NCBI GenBank assembly: GCA_963708135.1
Contig: OY970192.1
Location: 3,342,152-3,406,151, forward strand
Length of the DNA stretch: 64,000 bases
Reading direction: 5' to 3'
From: an uncultured Gemmatimonadales bacterium
GTDB lineage: Bacteria; Gemmatimonadota; Gemmatimonadetes; Longimicrobiales; RSA9
Made by a program: the position numbers and the translations under genes. The notes below the pieces were generated by a model. That model searched no databases and was not told where the DNA came from. It saw nothing but the letters and a program-made list of their open reading frames with translations. Of the stretch, positions 19,239 through 28,529 are shown in pieces. Numbering within the stretch: position 1 is the stretch's first letter; each line of letters begins with the position of its first letter.

Positions 19239-20723
19239 ATGGCCTTGACGCAGCAACAGCTGGAGAAGCACCTCTGGCGAGCCGCAGACATCCTGCGCGG
19301 CCGCATCGATTCCGGTGACTACAAGCACTACATCTTCGGCCTCCTCTTCTTCAAGCGCCTGAGCGACGTCTGGCGCGAGGAGTACGAGGCGCGCCTCGAG
19401 ATGTACGACGGCGACGAGCTCCTCGCCTCCGACCCCGACGAGCACCGCTTCGATATCCCGGAAGGCCACTTCTGGGAAGACGTCCGGGAAGAGACCACGG
19501 ACATCGGGGCATCCCTGAATAACGCGCTGCACGCGATCGAGGACGCGAACCTGCGCCTCCGCGGCGTCTTCCAGGACGTGGACTTCAACAACAAGGATCG
19601 CTTCCCGGACACCGTCCTCGAGGCGCTCCTCCAGCACTTCGACCAGCACCGGCTCCGCAACGAGGACGTGCCGGCCGACGTGCTCGGCGCCGCGTACGAG
19701 TACCTGATCGCGCAGTTCGCCGACGACGCCGGCAAGAAGGGTGGCGAGTTCTACACGCCGAAAATGGTGGTCCGGCTCATCGTCGAGATGATCCGGCCGG
19801 AGGAGGGCATGCACGTCTACGATCCCACGTGCGGGTCGGGCGGCATGCTCCTCGAGACCGTGCACAACCTCGAGCGGCAGGGGAAGAACGCGAAGTCGCT
19901 CCACCTGTTCGGGCAGGAGATGAACCTGAACACGTGGGCGATCTGCAAGATGAACCTCTTCCTCCACGACATCGACGACGCCGACATCGCCCGCGGCGAC
20001 ACGCTCCGCGACCCGAAGAACCTCACGCCGTCGAACACGCTCCGCCGCTACGACCGGGTCCTCGCGAACCCGCCGTTCTCGCTCAAGGAGTGGGGCTACA
20101 AGGAGTGGAAGAACGGGGACAAGTTCGGCCGCGACGTGTTCGGGTGCCCGCCGAAGTCGTACGCCGACTACGCCTTCGTCCAGCACATGGTGGCGAGCCT
20201 CAAGAGCGACGGCATGCTCGGCGTCGTGCTTCCGCACGGCGTCCTCTTCCGCGGCGGTGCGGAGGGGCGGATCCGGGAGGGTCTGCTCCGGGAGGACCTG
20301 GTTGAAGCGGTCGTCGGACTCGGCCCCAACCTCTTCTACGGCTCCGGCATCCCCGCGTGCATCGTAGTCATGAACCGGGCGAAGCCGGCGGAGCGGAAGG
20401 GGAAGGTGCTCTTCATCCACGGCGCCGACGAGCTGGTCGAGGGCAAGGCGCAGAACCACCTCTCCGACGAGAACATCGCGCGCATGGCCGGCGCCTTCCA
20501 CGCGTGGAAGGACGAGGAGCGGTTCTGCCGCGTCGTAGACCTCGACGAGATCGAGGCGAACGACTTCAACTTGAACATCCCCCGGTACGTGGATACGACG
20601 GAGCCGGAGGAGGAGATCGACGTCGCCGCCGAGTTGGCGGCGCTCAAGACGCTGATGGCGGAGCGGGACGATGCGGAGGCGAAGATGCTCGGGTACCTGG
20701 AAGAGATGGGGTATGCTGGCTGA
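19239..20723 (+). CDS. hsdM: Type I restriction-modification system, DNA methyltransferase subunit M, 494 aa
   Basis: N-terminal HsdM pattern (LWRAADILRG...YKHYIFGLLFFKRLSD), AdoMet motif DPTCGSGGML and catalytic NPPF. Confidence 0.95.
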   Translation: MALTQQQLEKHLWRAADILRGRIDSGDYKHYIFGLLFFKRLSDVWREEYEARLEMYDGDELLASDPDEHRFDIPEGHFWEDVREETTDIGASLNNALHAIEDANLRLRGVFQDVDFNNKDRFPDTVLEALLQHFDQHRLRNEDVPADVLGAAYEYLIAQFADDAGKKGGEFYTPKMVVRLIVEMIRPEEGMHVYDPTCGSGGMLLETVHNLERQGKNAKSLHLFGQEMNLNTWAICKMNLFLHDIDDADIARGDTLRDPKNLTPSNTLRRYDRVLANPPFSLKEWGYKEWKNGDKFGRDVFGCPPKSYADYAFVQHMVASLKSDGMLGVVLPHGVLFRGGAEGRIREGLLREDLVEAVVGLGPNLFYGSGIPACIVVMNRAKPAERKGKVLFIHGADELVEGKAQNHLSDENIARMAGAFHAWKDEERFCRVVDLDEIEANDFNLNIPRYVDTTEPEEEIDVAAELAALKTLMAERDDAEAKMLGYLEEMGYAG

Positions 20724-21978
20724 GATTCCTCCGGGGTGGACGGCACAGCCCCTCGAACGCCTTGGCACGCTCCACAAGGGCCGGGGCGGGCCGAAGAGCG
20801 ACGACGAGCCGTCTGGGATGCCTGTCATCCGCTACGGCGAGCTCTACACGCATCACAACGAGGTGGTGCGGAGCGTCCGATCGTTCGTACCTGCCGAGAA
20901 GGCTGAGAACTACACGCCGCTCAGGCCCGGAGACGTCCTCTTCGCGGGAGCGGGGGAGACGGCGGAAGAGATCGGAAAGTCAGCCGTCTTCCTCGGCCCC
21001 GCGCCTGCTTACGCAAGCGGGGATTTGGTCATCTTCCGACCGAACGGACAGCTCGATCCGCTCTTCCTCGGCTACGCCTCGAACGGTCCCGCGGCGACTG
21101 CCTACAAGCAGTCGGTGGGCCAGGGCAGCTCCATCCTTCACATCTACTCGCGGGATCTGCAGGCGCTCGAACTCCTCGTGCCGCCCCTCCCCGAACAGCG
21201 GAAGATCGCCGCCATCCTCTCCAGCGTCGATGACGCCATCGCGGCGACGGGGAAGGTCATCGAGCAGACGAAGCGGGTGAAGCAGGGGCTCCTTCAGGCG
21301 CTCATGACCCGCGGCATCGGGCACACCCGGTTCAAGAAGACGGAGATCGGCGAGATCCCGGAATCATGGGAACTGGTGCCGCTGGGCGATGTCTGTGCCC
21401 ACATCACCAAGGGTGCCACGCCGACTACCTACGGCTACCAGTGGATCGAGAGTGGTGACGACGGGGTCCTCTTTCTCCGGAGCGAATGCGTCTCAGAGGA
21501 GGGTTTTCAGCTGAGGGGGTCGGAGCGCATACCCGAACCCGCCCATGCATCGATGTCACGATCGGAGATCCGCGGCGACGACGTTCTGGTCACCATTACG
21601 GGCAACGTCGGCCGAGTCGGGCAGGTTCCGGAGGAGATCGAACGAGGGAATATCAACCAGCATCTCGCACGTGTCCGCGTAGAGGCCCGCGAGCTTTTTC
21701 AGGATTTTGTGCATCTCGCTTTGCAGACGAAGCGACAGCGGAATCGGTTCGAGACGATCGTTACCGGGCTGGCATATCCGCAGTTGAGCCTGAAGCAGAT
21801 CCGGGAGACGATCGTGCCGATGCCGCGGAGAGCCGAGCAAGAGGAGATAGTCGAGCGAATCGCGGCCATTAAGGACGTGATAGTTCGCAGTGAACGATCT
21901 CTTGCGGCATGGCAGAAAATGAAGCGCGGTCTCATGCAGGACCTCCTCACCGGGCGCGTCCGCGTCCAGACGGACTGA
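20713..21978 (+). CDS. hsdS: Type I restriction-modification system, specificity subunit S, 421 aa
   Basis: Two target-recognition domains are separated by conserved helices: LPPLPEQRKIAAILSSVDDAI...QGLLQALMTRG centrally and RAEQEEIVERIAAIKDVI...RGLMQDLLTGRVRV at the C-terminus. The ATG at 20713 overlaps the hsdM end by 11 nt. Confidence 0.9.
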   Translation: MLAEIPPGWTAQPLERLGTLHKGRGGPKSDDEPSGMPVIRYGELYTHHNEVVRSVRSFVPAEKAENYTPLRPGDVLFAGAGETAEEIGKSAVFLGPAPAYASGDLVIFRPNGQLDPLFLGYASNGPAATAYKQSVGQGSSILHIYSRDLQALELLVPPLPEQRKIAAILSSVDDAIAATGKVIEQTKRVKQGLLQALMTRGIGHTRFKKTEIGEIPESWELVPLGDVCAHITKGATPTTYGYQWIESGDDGVLFLRSECVSEEGFQLRGSERIPEPAHASMSRSEIRGDDVLVTITGNVGRVGQVPEEIERGNINQHLARVRVEARELFQDFVHLALQTKRQRNRFETIVTGLAYPQLSLKQIRETIVPMPRRAEQEEIVERIAAIKDVIVRSERSLAAWQKMKRGLMQDLLTGRVRVQTD

Positions 21979-21982
21979 CGCG

Positions 21983-24900
21983 ATGCCCGGCCCCGAGTTC
22001 GGCCTCGTCGAGAAGCCCGCGATCGATGTGCTCACGGGCCTCGGCTACGACTACCTTCCGGCCGCGCAGAACGAGCTCGCGCGCGACGGGCTGAACCAGG
22101 TGCTCCTCCGGGAACATATAATCGATGCGGTCCAGCAACTGAACGGCCTCGATGCCGACATGGCCGGCCGCGTCTACCACGACCTGCTCAACGTCTCCGA
22201 CAACGAGCGCTGGATCGAGGTCCTGCGCGGCCAGTATTCGCGCGCCGTGCCTGGTGAGGCGACGCACCAGACCATCCGGCTGATCGACTTCCTCCATCCG
22301 ACGAACAACCGCTTCACGGTCACGAACCAGCTCCACGTGAAGTCGGAGCACCCCCGCTGCGCGGACCTCGTCGTCTACGTGAACGGGATCCCGCTGGTGG
22401 TGATCGAGGCGAAGAAGCCGGGCGCGGGCAAGCTCCACATGGCGTACGAGCAGATCCGGCAGTACGAGGAGCAGATCCCGCGGCTCTTCTACTCGAACGC
22501 GTTCAACATCGTCACGGACCGGCACGAGACGCGGTTCGGCACGACGGGCGCGCCTTGGGCGTACTGGGGGACATGGCGGGACCCATGGCCGCGGAGCGAG
22601 GCCGACTTCGCCGACGACTTCGAGAAGACGCTGTGGGCGCTCCTCGATCCGCATCGCCTGCTCGACATCCTCGCCCATTTCATCGTGTTCGAGCGGGAGG
22701 GCGACTCCGGCCGGATCGTGAAGAAGATGTGCCGCTACCAGCAGTTCCGGGCGGCGAATAGAATCGTGGAGCGGGCGCAGGACGCCGAGAAGCGGCGAGG
22801 GCTGATCTGGCACACGCAGGGGAGCGGGAAGTCGCTCACCATGGTGTTCTCGGTGCTGAAGCTGAAGCTCCACCGCACGCTCGACACCCCCGCGCTCGCC
22901 AGCCCCAACATCCTCGTCATCACGGACCGGAAGGACCTGGACCGGCAGATCTCGGCCACGTTCCAGGCGTGCGGGCTCCCGAACCCGAAGCCGATGGGGT
23001 CGATGGCGGAGCTCCGGCGCACGATCCACAGCGGCGTCGCCGGGCTCACGGTGCTCTCGACGATCCACAAGTTCGAGGGCTCGAAGGCGCCGGTCGAGAA
23101 CAGCGGCAACTGGATCGCACTGGTGGACGAGGCCCACCGCACGCAGGAGAAGGATCTCGGCGCGTTCCTGCGCGCCACCTTCCCCGATGCGCGCCTGTTC
23201 GGCTTCACCGGCACGCCGGTGAAGAAGAAGGACCTGGACACCTTCCAGAACTTCAGCCCGCCGGGCGAGGGGTACCTGGACCGGTACAGTATCGACGACG
23301 CCGTCGCCGACGGCGCCACCGTGCCGATCCGCTACACGTCACGAAAGGCGGAGTGGCACGTCGATCCGGCGAAGATCGACATTCTCTTCGACAGCTGGTT
23401 CGCCGACGAGTCCGAGGAGCGGCTGGAGGCGATCAAGAAGCGGGGCGTGACCATTGCCGAGCTGGCGAAGCACCCGCGGCGCGTCGAGCTCATCGCGTTC
23501 GACATCTGGACCCACTTCAAGGGGCACGCTCTCCCCGACGGCTACAAGGCGCAGATCGTGGCCATCGACCGCGAGGCGATCATCCTCTACAAGCGGGCCC
23601 TGGACCGGGTGATCGCGGAGCACCTCCGGAAGGACGGGCTGACGGCGCACGAGGCGCTGGGTCGTGCCGCGGCCATGTCGGTCCCCGTCTACTCCTCGGC
23701 GCAGTGGGACGCCATGCCCAGCGAGGACGCTTGGGTGAACGATGTCCGCGCGGACCTGCGCCGCTACGCGCTCGACGAGGACGGCGAGAAGCAGGCGATC
23801 GCCGCGTTCCAGAAGCCGGGCGCGCCGCCCCATTTCCTCATCGTCTGCAACAAGCTCCTGACCGGCTTCGACGCGCCGGCCGAGAGCGTGATGTACCTGG
23901 ACAGCCCGCTCACGGACCACAACCTCCTGCAGGCCATCGCCCGGACGAATCGGGTGTCGGGGCCGAAGAAGAGGTTCGGGCTGATCGTGGACTACATCGG
24001 CATCACGCGGAAGCTCGACGAGGCGCTGGCCGCGTACCGCGAGGAGGACGTCGAGAACGTGATGAAGGACCTGGAGGTCGAGCGGGACGCGCTGCGGAAG
24101 GCGCACCGCGAGGTCTTCGCCATGGTGCCGAAACGAACCGGCGACATGAGCGCCGATTACGACGCCCTCGTCGCCGCGCTCGGCACGGAGGACGTCTGGT
24201 ACACGTTCCGGCGCAAGGCGGACGCGTTCGTCCAGGCCTACGAGAGCCTGAGCCCGGATCCGGCGATCCTCGAGTACCGACACGACCTGAAGTGGATCGT
24301 CGGCTTCATCCAGTATGCGACGCCGATCATCGAGAAGGACCCGCCGCCCGACCTGAGCGGCGTGAGCGGCAAGATCCGCCGCCTTCTCGAGGAGCACCTG
24401 GACGTAACCGGGATCAGGACCGTGGTGAAGCTCCGCCAGCTCACCGATCCGGACTTCTGGACGGACTTCGACAGCGACAGGCCGGCGCGGGAGCTCCGCC
24501 GCGCCACGATCCGGAAGGCGACGGAGCTCAAGCGGATCACGTACGACAAGGTCGAGGAGAACCCGCTCCGCTACCAGAAGTTCTCCGAGCGCGTGCTCGA
24601 GGTGATCCGGCGCTTCGAGGAGGGCCAGCTCGCGGCGGCCGAGGCGCTGAAGGAATTCCAGGACATCGCGAAGGACCTCGAGGACGAGGACCGGGCCCAC
24701 GAGAGCTCGGGGTTGAACGAGCGCGCGTACGGTGTGCTCAAGATCCTCGAATCCCTGGAGGCCGCGGACGCGAGCGTGTCCGCGGGAGGACGCGTCGCCG
24801 AAGGCAGGGCGTCCTATCCGGAGGCTGCCCCGGTGCGCGGCCTCGCCGAGCTCGCGGCGGACATCGACGGTATCTACGCCAGCGACGAGAAGGCGCCGGC

Positions 24901-25045
24901 GGGCTGGCACCTGAAGGACCAGCTCCGCAAGGAACTGCGCCAGGAGGTCCGCCATCGCTCGCACCGGGCGGGGCTGAAGGAGGTGAAGGAAGTGGCCGCC
25001 CGCGTGGAGGAGTACGCGCTCCGGCACTACGTGAAGGTGGCGTGA
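21983..25045 (+). CDS. hsdR: Type I restriction endonuclease subunit R, 1020 aa
   Basis: N-terminal nuclease core (DLVVYVNGIPLVVIEAKK) and helicase motifs TQGSGKSLTM and LVDEAHRTQ. The position after hsdM-hsdS fits. Confidence 0.95.
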   Translation: MPGPEFGLVEKPAIDVLTGLGYDYLPAAQNELARDGLNQVLLREHIIDAVQQLNGLDADMAGRVYHDLLNVSDNERWIEVLRGQYSRAVPGEATHQTIRLIDFLHPTNNRFTVTNQLHVKSEHPRCADLVVYVNGIPLVVIEAKKPGAGKLHMAYEQIRQYEEQIPRLFYSNAFNIVTDRHETRFGTTGAPWAYWGTWRDPWPRSEADFADDFEKTLWALLDPHRLLDILAHFIVFEREGDSGRIVKKMCRYQQFRAANRIVERAQDAEKRRGLIWHTQGSGKSLTMVFSVLKLKLHRTLDTPALASPNILVITDRKDLDRQISATFQACGLPNPKPMGSMAELRRTIHSGVAGLTVLSTIHKFEGSKAPVENSGNWIALVDEAHRTQEKDLGAFLRATFPDARLFGFTGTPVKKKDLDTFQNFSPPGEGYLDRYSIDDAVADGATVPIRYTSRKAEWHVDPAKIDILFDSWFADESEERLEAIKKRGVTIAELAKHPRRVELIAFDIWTHFKGHALPDGYKAQIVAIDREAIILYKRALDRVIAEHLRKDGLTAHEALGRAAAMSVPVYSSAQWDAMPSEDAWVNDVRADLRRYALDEDGEKQAIAAFQKPGAPPHFLIVCNKLLTGFDAPAESVMYLDSPLTDHNLLQAIARTNRVSGPKKRFGLIVDYIGITRKLDEALAAYREEDVENVMKDLEVERDALRKAHREVFAMVPKRTGDMSADYDALVAALGTEDVWYTFRRKADAFVQAYESLSPDPAILEYRHDLKWIVGFIQYATPIIEKDPPPDLSGVSGKIRRLLEEHLDVTGIRTVVKLRQLTDPDFWTDFDSDRPARELRRATIRKATELKRITYDKVEENPLRYQKFSERVLEVIRRFEEGQLAAAEALKEFQDIAKDLEDEDRAHESSGLNERAYGVLKILESLEAADASVSAGGRVAEGRASYPEAAPVRGLAELAADIDGIYASDEKAPAGWHLKDQLRKELRQEVRHRSHRAGLKEVKEVAARVEEYALRHYVKVA

Positions 25046-25770
25046 TGGGCGAGATCGTGATCGGCTCGCGCGTCATCCGCTACCAGGTCCGGCGCAGCGC
25101 CCGGGCCGGCCGGAAGCGCATCGAGGTGACCCCGGGAGGCGTGCAGGTCATCGTCCCGGATGACGCCTCCGCGGAGGAGGTCGAGCGATTCGTCCAGCGG
25201 AAGCGCCGCTGGCTCCACGACAGGACGCAGGAGATCCGGGAAGAGGTGGAACGGCTCCGGGGAGACACCCCCGAGGGGTTCCACTCGGGCGCGAAGATCC
25301 TGTTCCGGGGGCGGTACCTGAAGCTGAGGATCCGAACCTCGGATTCGGACCGGCCGTCGCTCAGCTACCGCACCGCCTTCCAGCTCGAGCTGCCCCGGGA
25401 CCTGCCTCGGGACCAGCGGGAGCAGGTCGTGCGACGCCTCGTCGAGCGCTGGCTCGAGGAGCGGCTCACGGAGGACGCCTGGGAGGTCGTGCGCCGGCGC
25501 GGCGCGGCCCACGGCCTGGAGCCCCGCGGCCTCCGGATCAAGGACCAGTGGACCCTCTGGGGAAGCTGCGGCCGCGACAACGTGATCCGACTCGACCGGA
25601 AGCTCGCCCGGGTCCCGAAGCCGGTGTTCGAGTACGTCGTGGTCCACGAGCTCTGCCACCTCGAGCATCGGGATCACTCGCCCGCCTTCTGGGGTCTGGT
25701 GAAGCGAGTCCTGCCGGACTACGAGGAGCGGAAGGAATGGCTGGAGCAGCACGAGGTCAGACTGCGGTGA
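25045..25770 (+). CDS. DUF45/YgjP-like (M48/SprT-like) metal-dependent hydrolase, 241 aa
   Basis: HELCHLEHRDHS zinc motif. The ATG shares one base with the hsdR TGA (TGATG). Confidence 0.85.
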   Translation: MGEIVIGSRVIRYQVRRSARAGRKRIEVTPGGVQVIVPDDASAEEVERFVQRKRRWLHDRTQEIREEVERLRGDTPEGFHSGAKILFRGRYLKLRIRTSDSDRPSLSYRTAFQLELPRDLPRDQREQVVRRLVERWLEERLTEDAWEVVRRRGAAHGLEPRGLRIKDQWTLWGSCGRDNVIRLDRKLARVPKPVFEYVVVHELCHLEHRDHSPAFWGLVKRVLPDYEERKEWLEQHEVRLR

Positions 25771-25872
25771 GATCGGCGAGGTGTTATCTTCGTAGTGAGC
25801 GCGCGGCGAGGAAGTCATTCTCGCTCAGGAAAGGGCCGTGGCCAGGATTCTGAAAGTGAGTTCTATCTGCTT

Positions 25873-26352
25873 ATGCGGGTTTTGACGGTTATTTGTACCG
25901 CGCTGGTGCTGGCGAGCTGTTCGGATGTCACGGCGCCCGGTGGAGTCATGCCGGGGAAATCCACGTTGGTGATTCGAGGCGCGACCAGCCTGGATCTCAA
26001 CGGGGACGCGCAGCTGATTCCTGGAGACGTTGCGGGCACGGTTCGAAACGTGAATCTGCTTACGCAGAGTCCCGATTTCTTCTACAGCCTCGAGATCGCA
26101 TTTGTACCTCCTGCGGCGCCTCCACCTGGAACGTTGAGCGTCGGAGCCGCCGGACCGGTTCAGGCAGTGTTCTACATGTTCGATCGGCGGACCAAGGAAT
26201 ACGTCGAGATCGCCGTAGCCCGATCAGGAACTCTGACACTGGATGAGTGCTCCGAGACGCGCTGCGTCGGACGGCTGGATGCAAACGCAACTCTTGCGAA
26301 CACGGATGTCGCGCTTACGTTCGCGGCATCGTTCAACGCTCGTATCCAGTGA
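25873..26352 (+). CDS. Small hypothetical lipoprotein, 159 aa
   Basis: The ATG at 25873 gives MRVLTVICTALVLASC with a lipobox. The segment is low in GC. Confidence 0.6.
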   Translation: MRVLTVICTALVLASCSDVTAPGGVMPGKSTLVIRGATSLDLNGDAQLIPGDVAGTVRNVNLLTQSPDFFYSLEIAFVPPAAPPPGTLSVGAAGPVQAVFYMFDRRTKEYVEIAVARSGTLTLDECSETRCVGRLDANATLANTDVALTFAASFNARIQ

Positions 26353-26658
26353 ATGTCTGGCCTGGGGGGCGACGGCGCTCTCGAACGGGCACCGGCTGAT
26401 CCCCGCCGGAGGTGGGCAGCTGGGCGATCCTGACGCTGTGGTGAGTGGCGCCCGAGACGGCGGGGCCGTCCATCCGGGGTCAGGTCACTGCGGATCCGCT
26501 GGATGCCGACCTCGTCGCACGCCTGCAATCCCCTATTCGGGTGCGCTGACTGCCGCTATGCTCAAACCCGGTCCGGTATGGGATCCGATCCGCAATGACC
26601 CGCGCGTTCAGAGGTTGATCGCAGACGGCGACGCCGCGGCACGATCGAAGGCGACGCA

Positions 26659-28443
26659 ATGAGCGGGTCGTCCTTCTCCGCCGAGCTCAAGCGGCGCAAT
26701 GTGCTGCGCGCCGGTGCGTTCTACGCCGCGAGCGCGTGGCTGCTGGTCCAGATTGCGACCCAGGTCTTTCCGTTCTTCCACATTGCCGAGTGGGTGGTTC
26801 GCTGGATCGTGGTCGCTGCGGTCATCGGGTTCCCGTTCGCGCTGGCCTTCGCCTGGTTCTACGAATTCACGCCGCAAGGATTGAAGCGTGAGAGCGAGGT
26901 CGCCCTGAACGAATCGATCACCCGCCGCACCGGCAGGAAACTCGATCGCTGGATCATAGCCGTGCTCGCCCTCGCGGTGGTGTTGTTGCTGGCCAATACC
27001 TTCGTGCTCCACAAGGGTGCGGGCGGCAGCATGGCCCGGGCTGCGCCGGCGAAATCCATCGCGGTGCTGCCGTTCGCCAACCTGAGTGGCGATCCGAAGA
27101 ACGCGTATTTCAGCGACGGCATCACCGAGGAGATCCTCAACGCGCTGGCGCAGGTTCGCGATCTGAAAGTCGCCGGGCGCACCTCCGCGTTTCAGTTCAA
27201 CGGCCAGAACGAGGATCTGCGCAAGGTCGGTGAAACCCTGGGCGTGGCGACCGTGCTCGAAGGCAGCGTGCAACGCGCGCAGGATCAGGTGCGCATCACC
27301 GCGCAGCTGGTGGATGCGCACAGCGGCTACCAGCTGTGGTCGGAGAAATTCGATCGCAAGCTGACCAATATCTTCGCGGTCGAGGATGAGATTTCGAACG
27401 CGATCGCGGAGAAGCTGAGCGTTCAGTTGAGCACCGGGCGCGCGGAAGTCTCGGGCAACACGGCCAATCCGCAGGCGCATGAGCTCTACCTGCGGGGGCT
27501 GACCCTGCTGGCTGCGCGCGGACCCGGCCTGCGCGAGGCGATCGCGGCGTTCCGCCAGGCCGTCGAGCTGGACCCGCGCTACGCCCAGGCCTGGGGTGGG
27601 TTGGCCGAGGCCGAACAACTGCTGCCGGGCTACGTGTTCGTGGATGTCGATACGGCGATGGAGCGTGCCGAAACGGCCGCGCAAAGCGCGCTTCGGATCG
27701 ATCCGGATATGCCGTCGGCGCTGGTCGCCATGGGTAATGTGTATGGGTACCGCATACAATGGGCGGAAGCCGACAGCGCATTTCGCCATGCATTGAGCGT
27801 GGCCCCGGCGGATGTCGAGGCGATCGACCAGTATGCGCAGTTCCTGGAAACGACCGGGCAGCTCGAGGCGGCTTTGCGCCAGATCGAACGCGCGCAACGG
27901 CTTGATCCTCTGTCCGCGGTCATCGGCGCAGTCCGAACCTCCGTTCTGATGGGATTGCATCGTGATGCCGATGCCGTGGCGCAGATTCAAGGCGTGCTAT
28001 CCGCCCGCCCCGGTTTCTACCCGGCGTGCATCAACGCGGTGGTGCTGTACGTCCACCTCGGGCGTTACGCTGATGCCGAAACGCAGCTTCGCGCGATGGC
28101 GCGGACTCTGGGCGTGGATGTGGATGCCAAGGTCCTGCTGGTTCGCGGGATGGCCGATCCTGCCGAACGCAGCGCGGCATTGCGCAGTCTGGAGGCCGCG
28201 CCTGCGAACGCCGATCTGCGTGCGGATGCGCTGATTCATGCCACCTTCCTGGCCTTGCTCGGCGACAGGGACCGGGCATTCGATCAGTTGGACACCTACG
28301 CGGCCAGGCGCAACGGGGTCGCCTCCGGATTCATGTGGCTGCCGGCCCTGGATCCGTTGCGTGGCGATCCACGATTCAAGGCCATCTTGAAGAAGCTGGG
28401 CTTGCCGTACGCGCCTGCGGAAGCGGCGCCATCAATCTCCTGA
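26659..28443 (+). CDS. Membrane-anchored TPR-repeat protein with a periplasmic TolB-N/FlgO-like module, 594 aa
   Basis: N-terminal ELKRRNVLRAGAFYAASAWLLVQ TM motif, then SIAVLPFANLSGDP...YFSDGITEEI...LVDA.SG..LW module, then a TPR-like C-terminus. GC is visibly lower than in the core. Confidence 0.75.
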   Translation: MSGSSFSAELKRRNVLRAGAFYAASAWLLVQIATQVFPFFHIAEWVVRWIVVAAVIGFPFALAFAWFYEFTPQGLKRESEVALNESITRRTGRKLDRWIIAVLALAVVLLLANTFVLHKGAGGSMARAAPAKSIAVLPFANLSGDPKNAYFSDGITEEILNALAQVRDLKVAGRTSAFQFNGQNEDLRKVGETLGVATVLEGSVQRAQDQVRITAQLVDAHSGYQLWSEKFDRKLTNIFAVEDEISNAIAEKLSVQLSTGRAEVSGNTANPQAHELYLRGLTLLAARGPGLREAIAAFRQAVELDPRYAQAWGGLAEAEQLLPGYVFVDVDTAMERAETAAQSALRIDPDMPSALVAMGNVYGYRIQWAEADSAFRHALSVAPADVEAIDQYAQFLETTGQLEAALRQIERAQRLDPLSAVIGAVRTSVLMGLHRDADAVAQIQGVLSARPGFYPACINAVVLYVHLGRYADAETQLRAMARTLGVDVDAKVLLVRGMADPAERSAALRSLEAAPANADLRADALIHATFLALLGDRDRAFDQLDTYAARRNGVASGFMWLPALDPLRGDPRFKAILKKLGLPYAPAEAAPSIS

Positions 28444-28529
28444 TCCATGTGGGTGTCGCGGCTTGCTGTATCCGCGCGGAATCCTGCCCGGCTTGGACGG
28501 CCGGCCGGCGCCAGATCATCACGCGCCTC

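Noticed and set aside
26243-26662. 139-aa ORF as an intact gene upstream of 26659..28443
   Set aside because: Only its last ~35 codons resemble anything (the family tail motif). The remainder overlaps the lipoprotein gene end and looks non-coding. It is treated as a possible truncated paralog remnant under the island finding.
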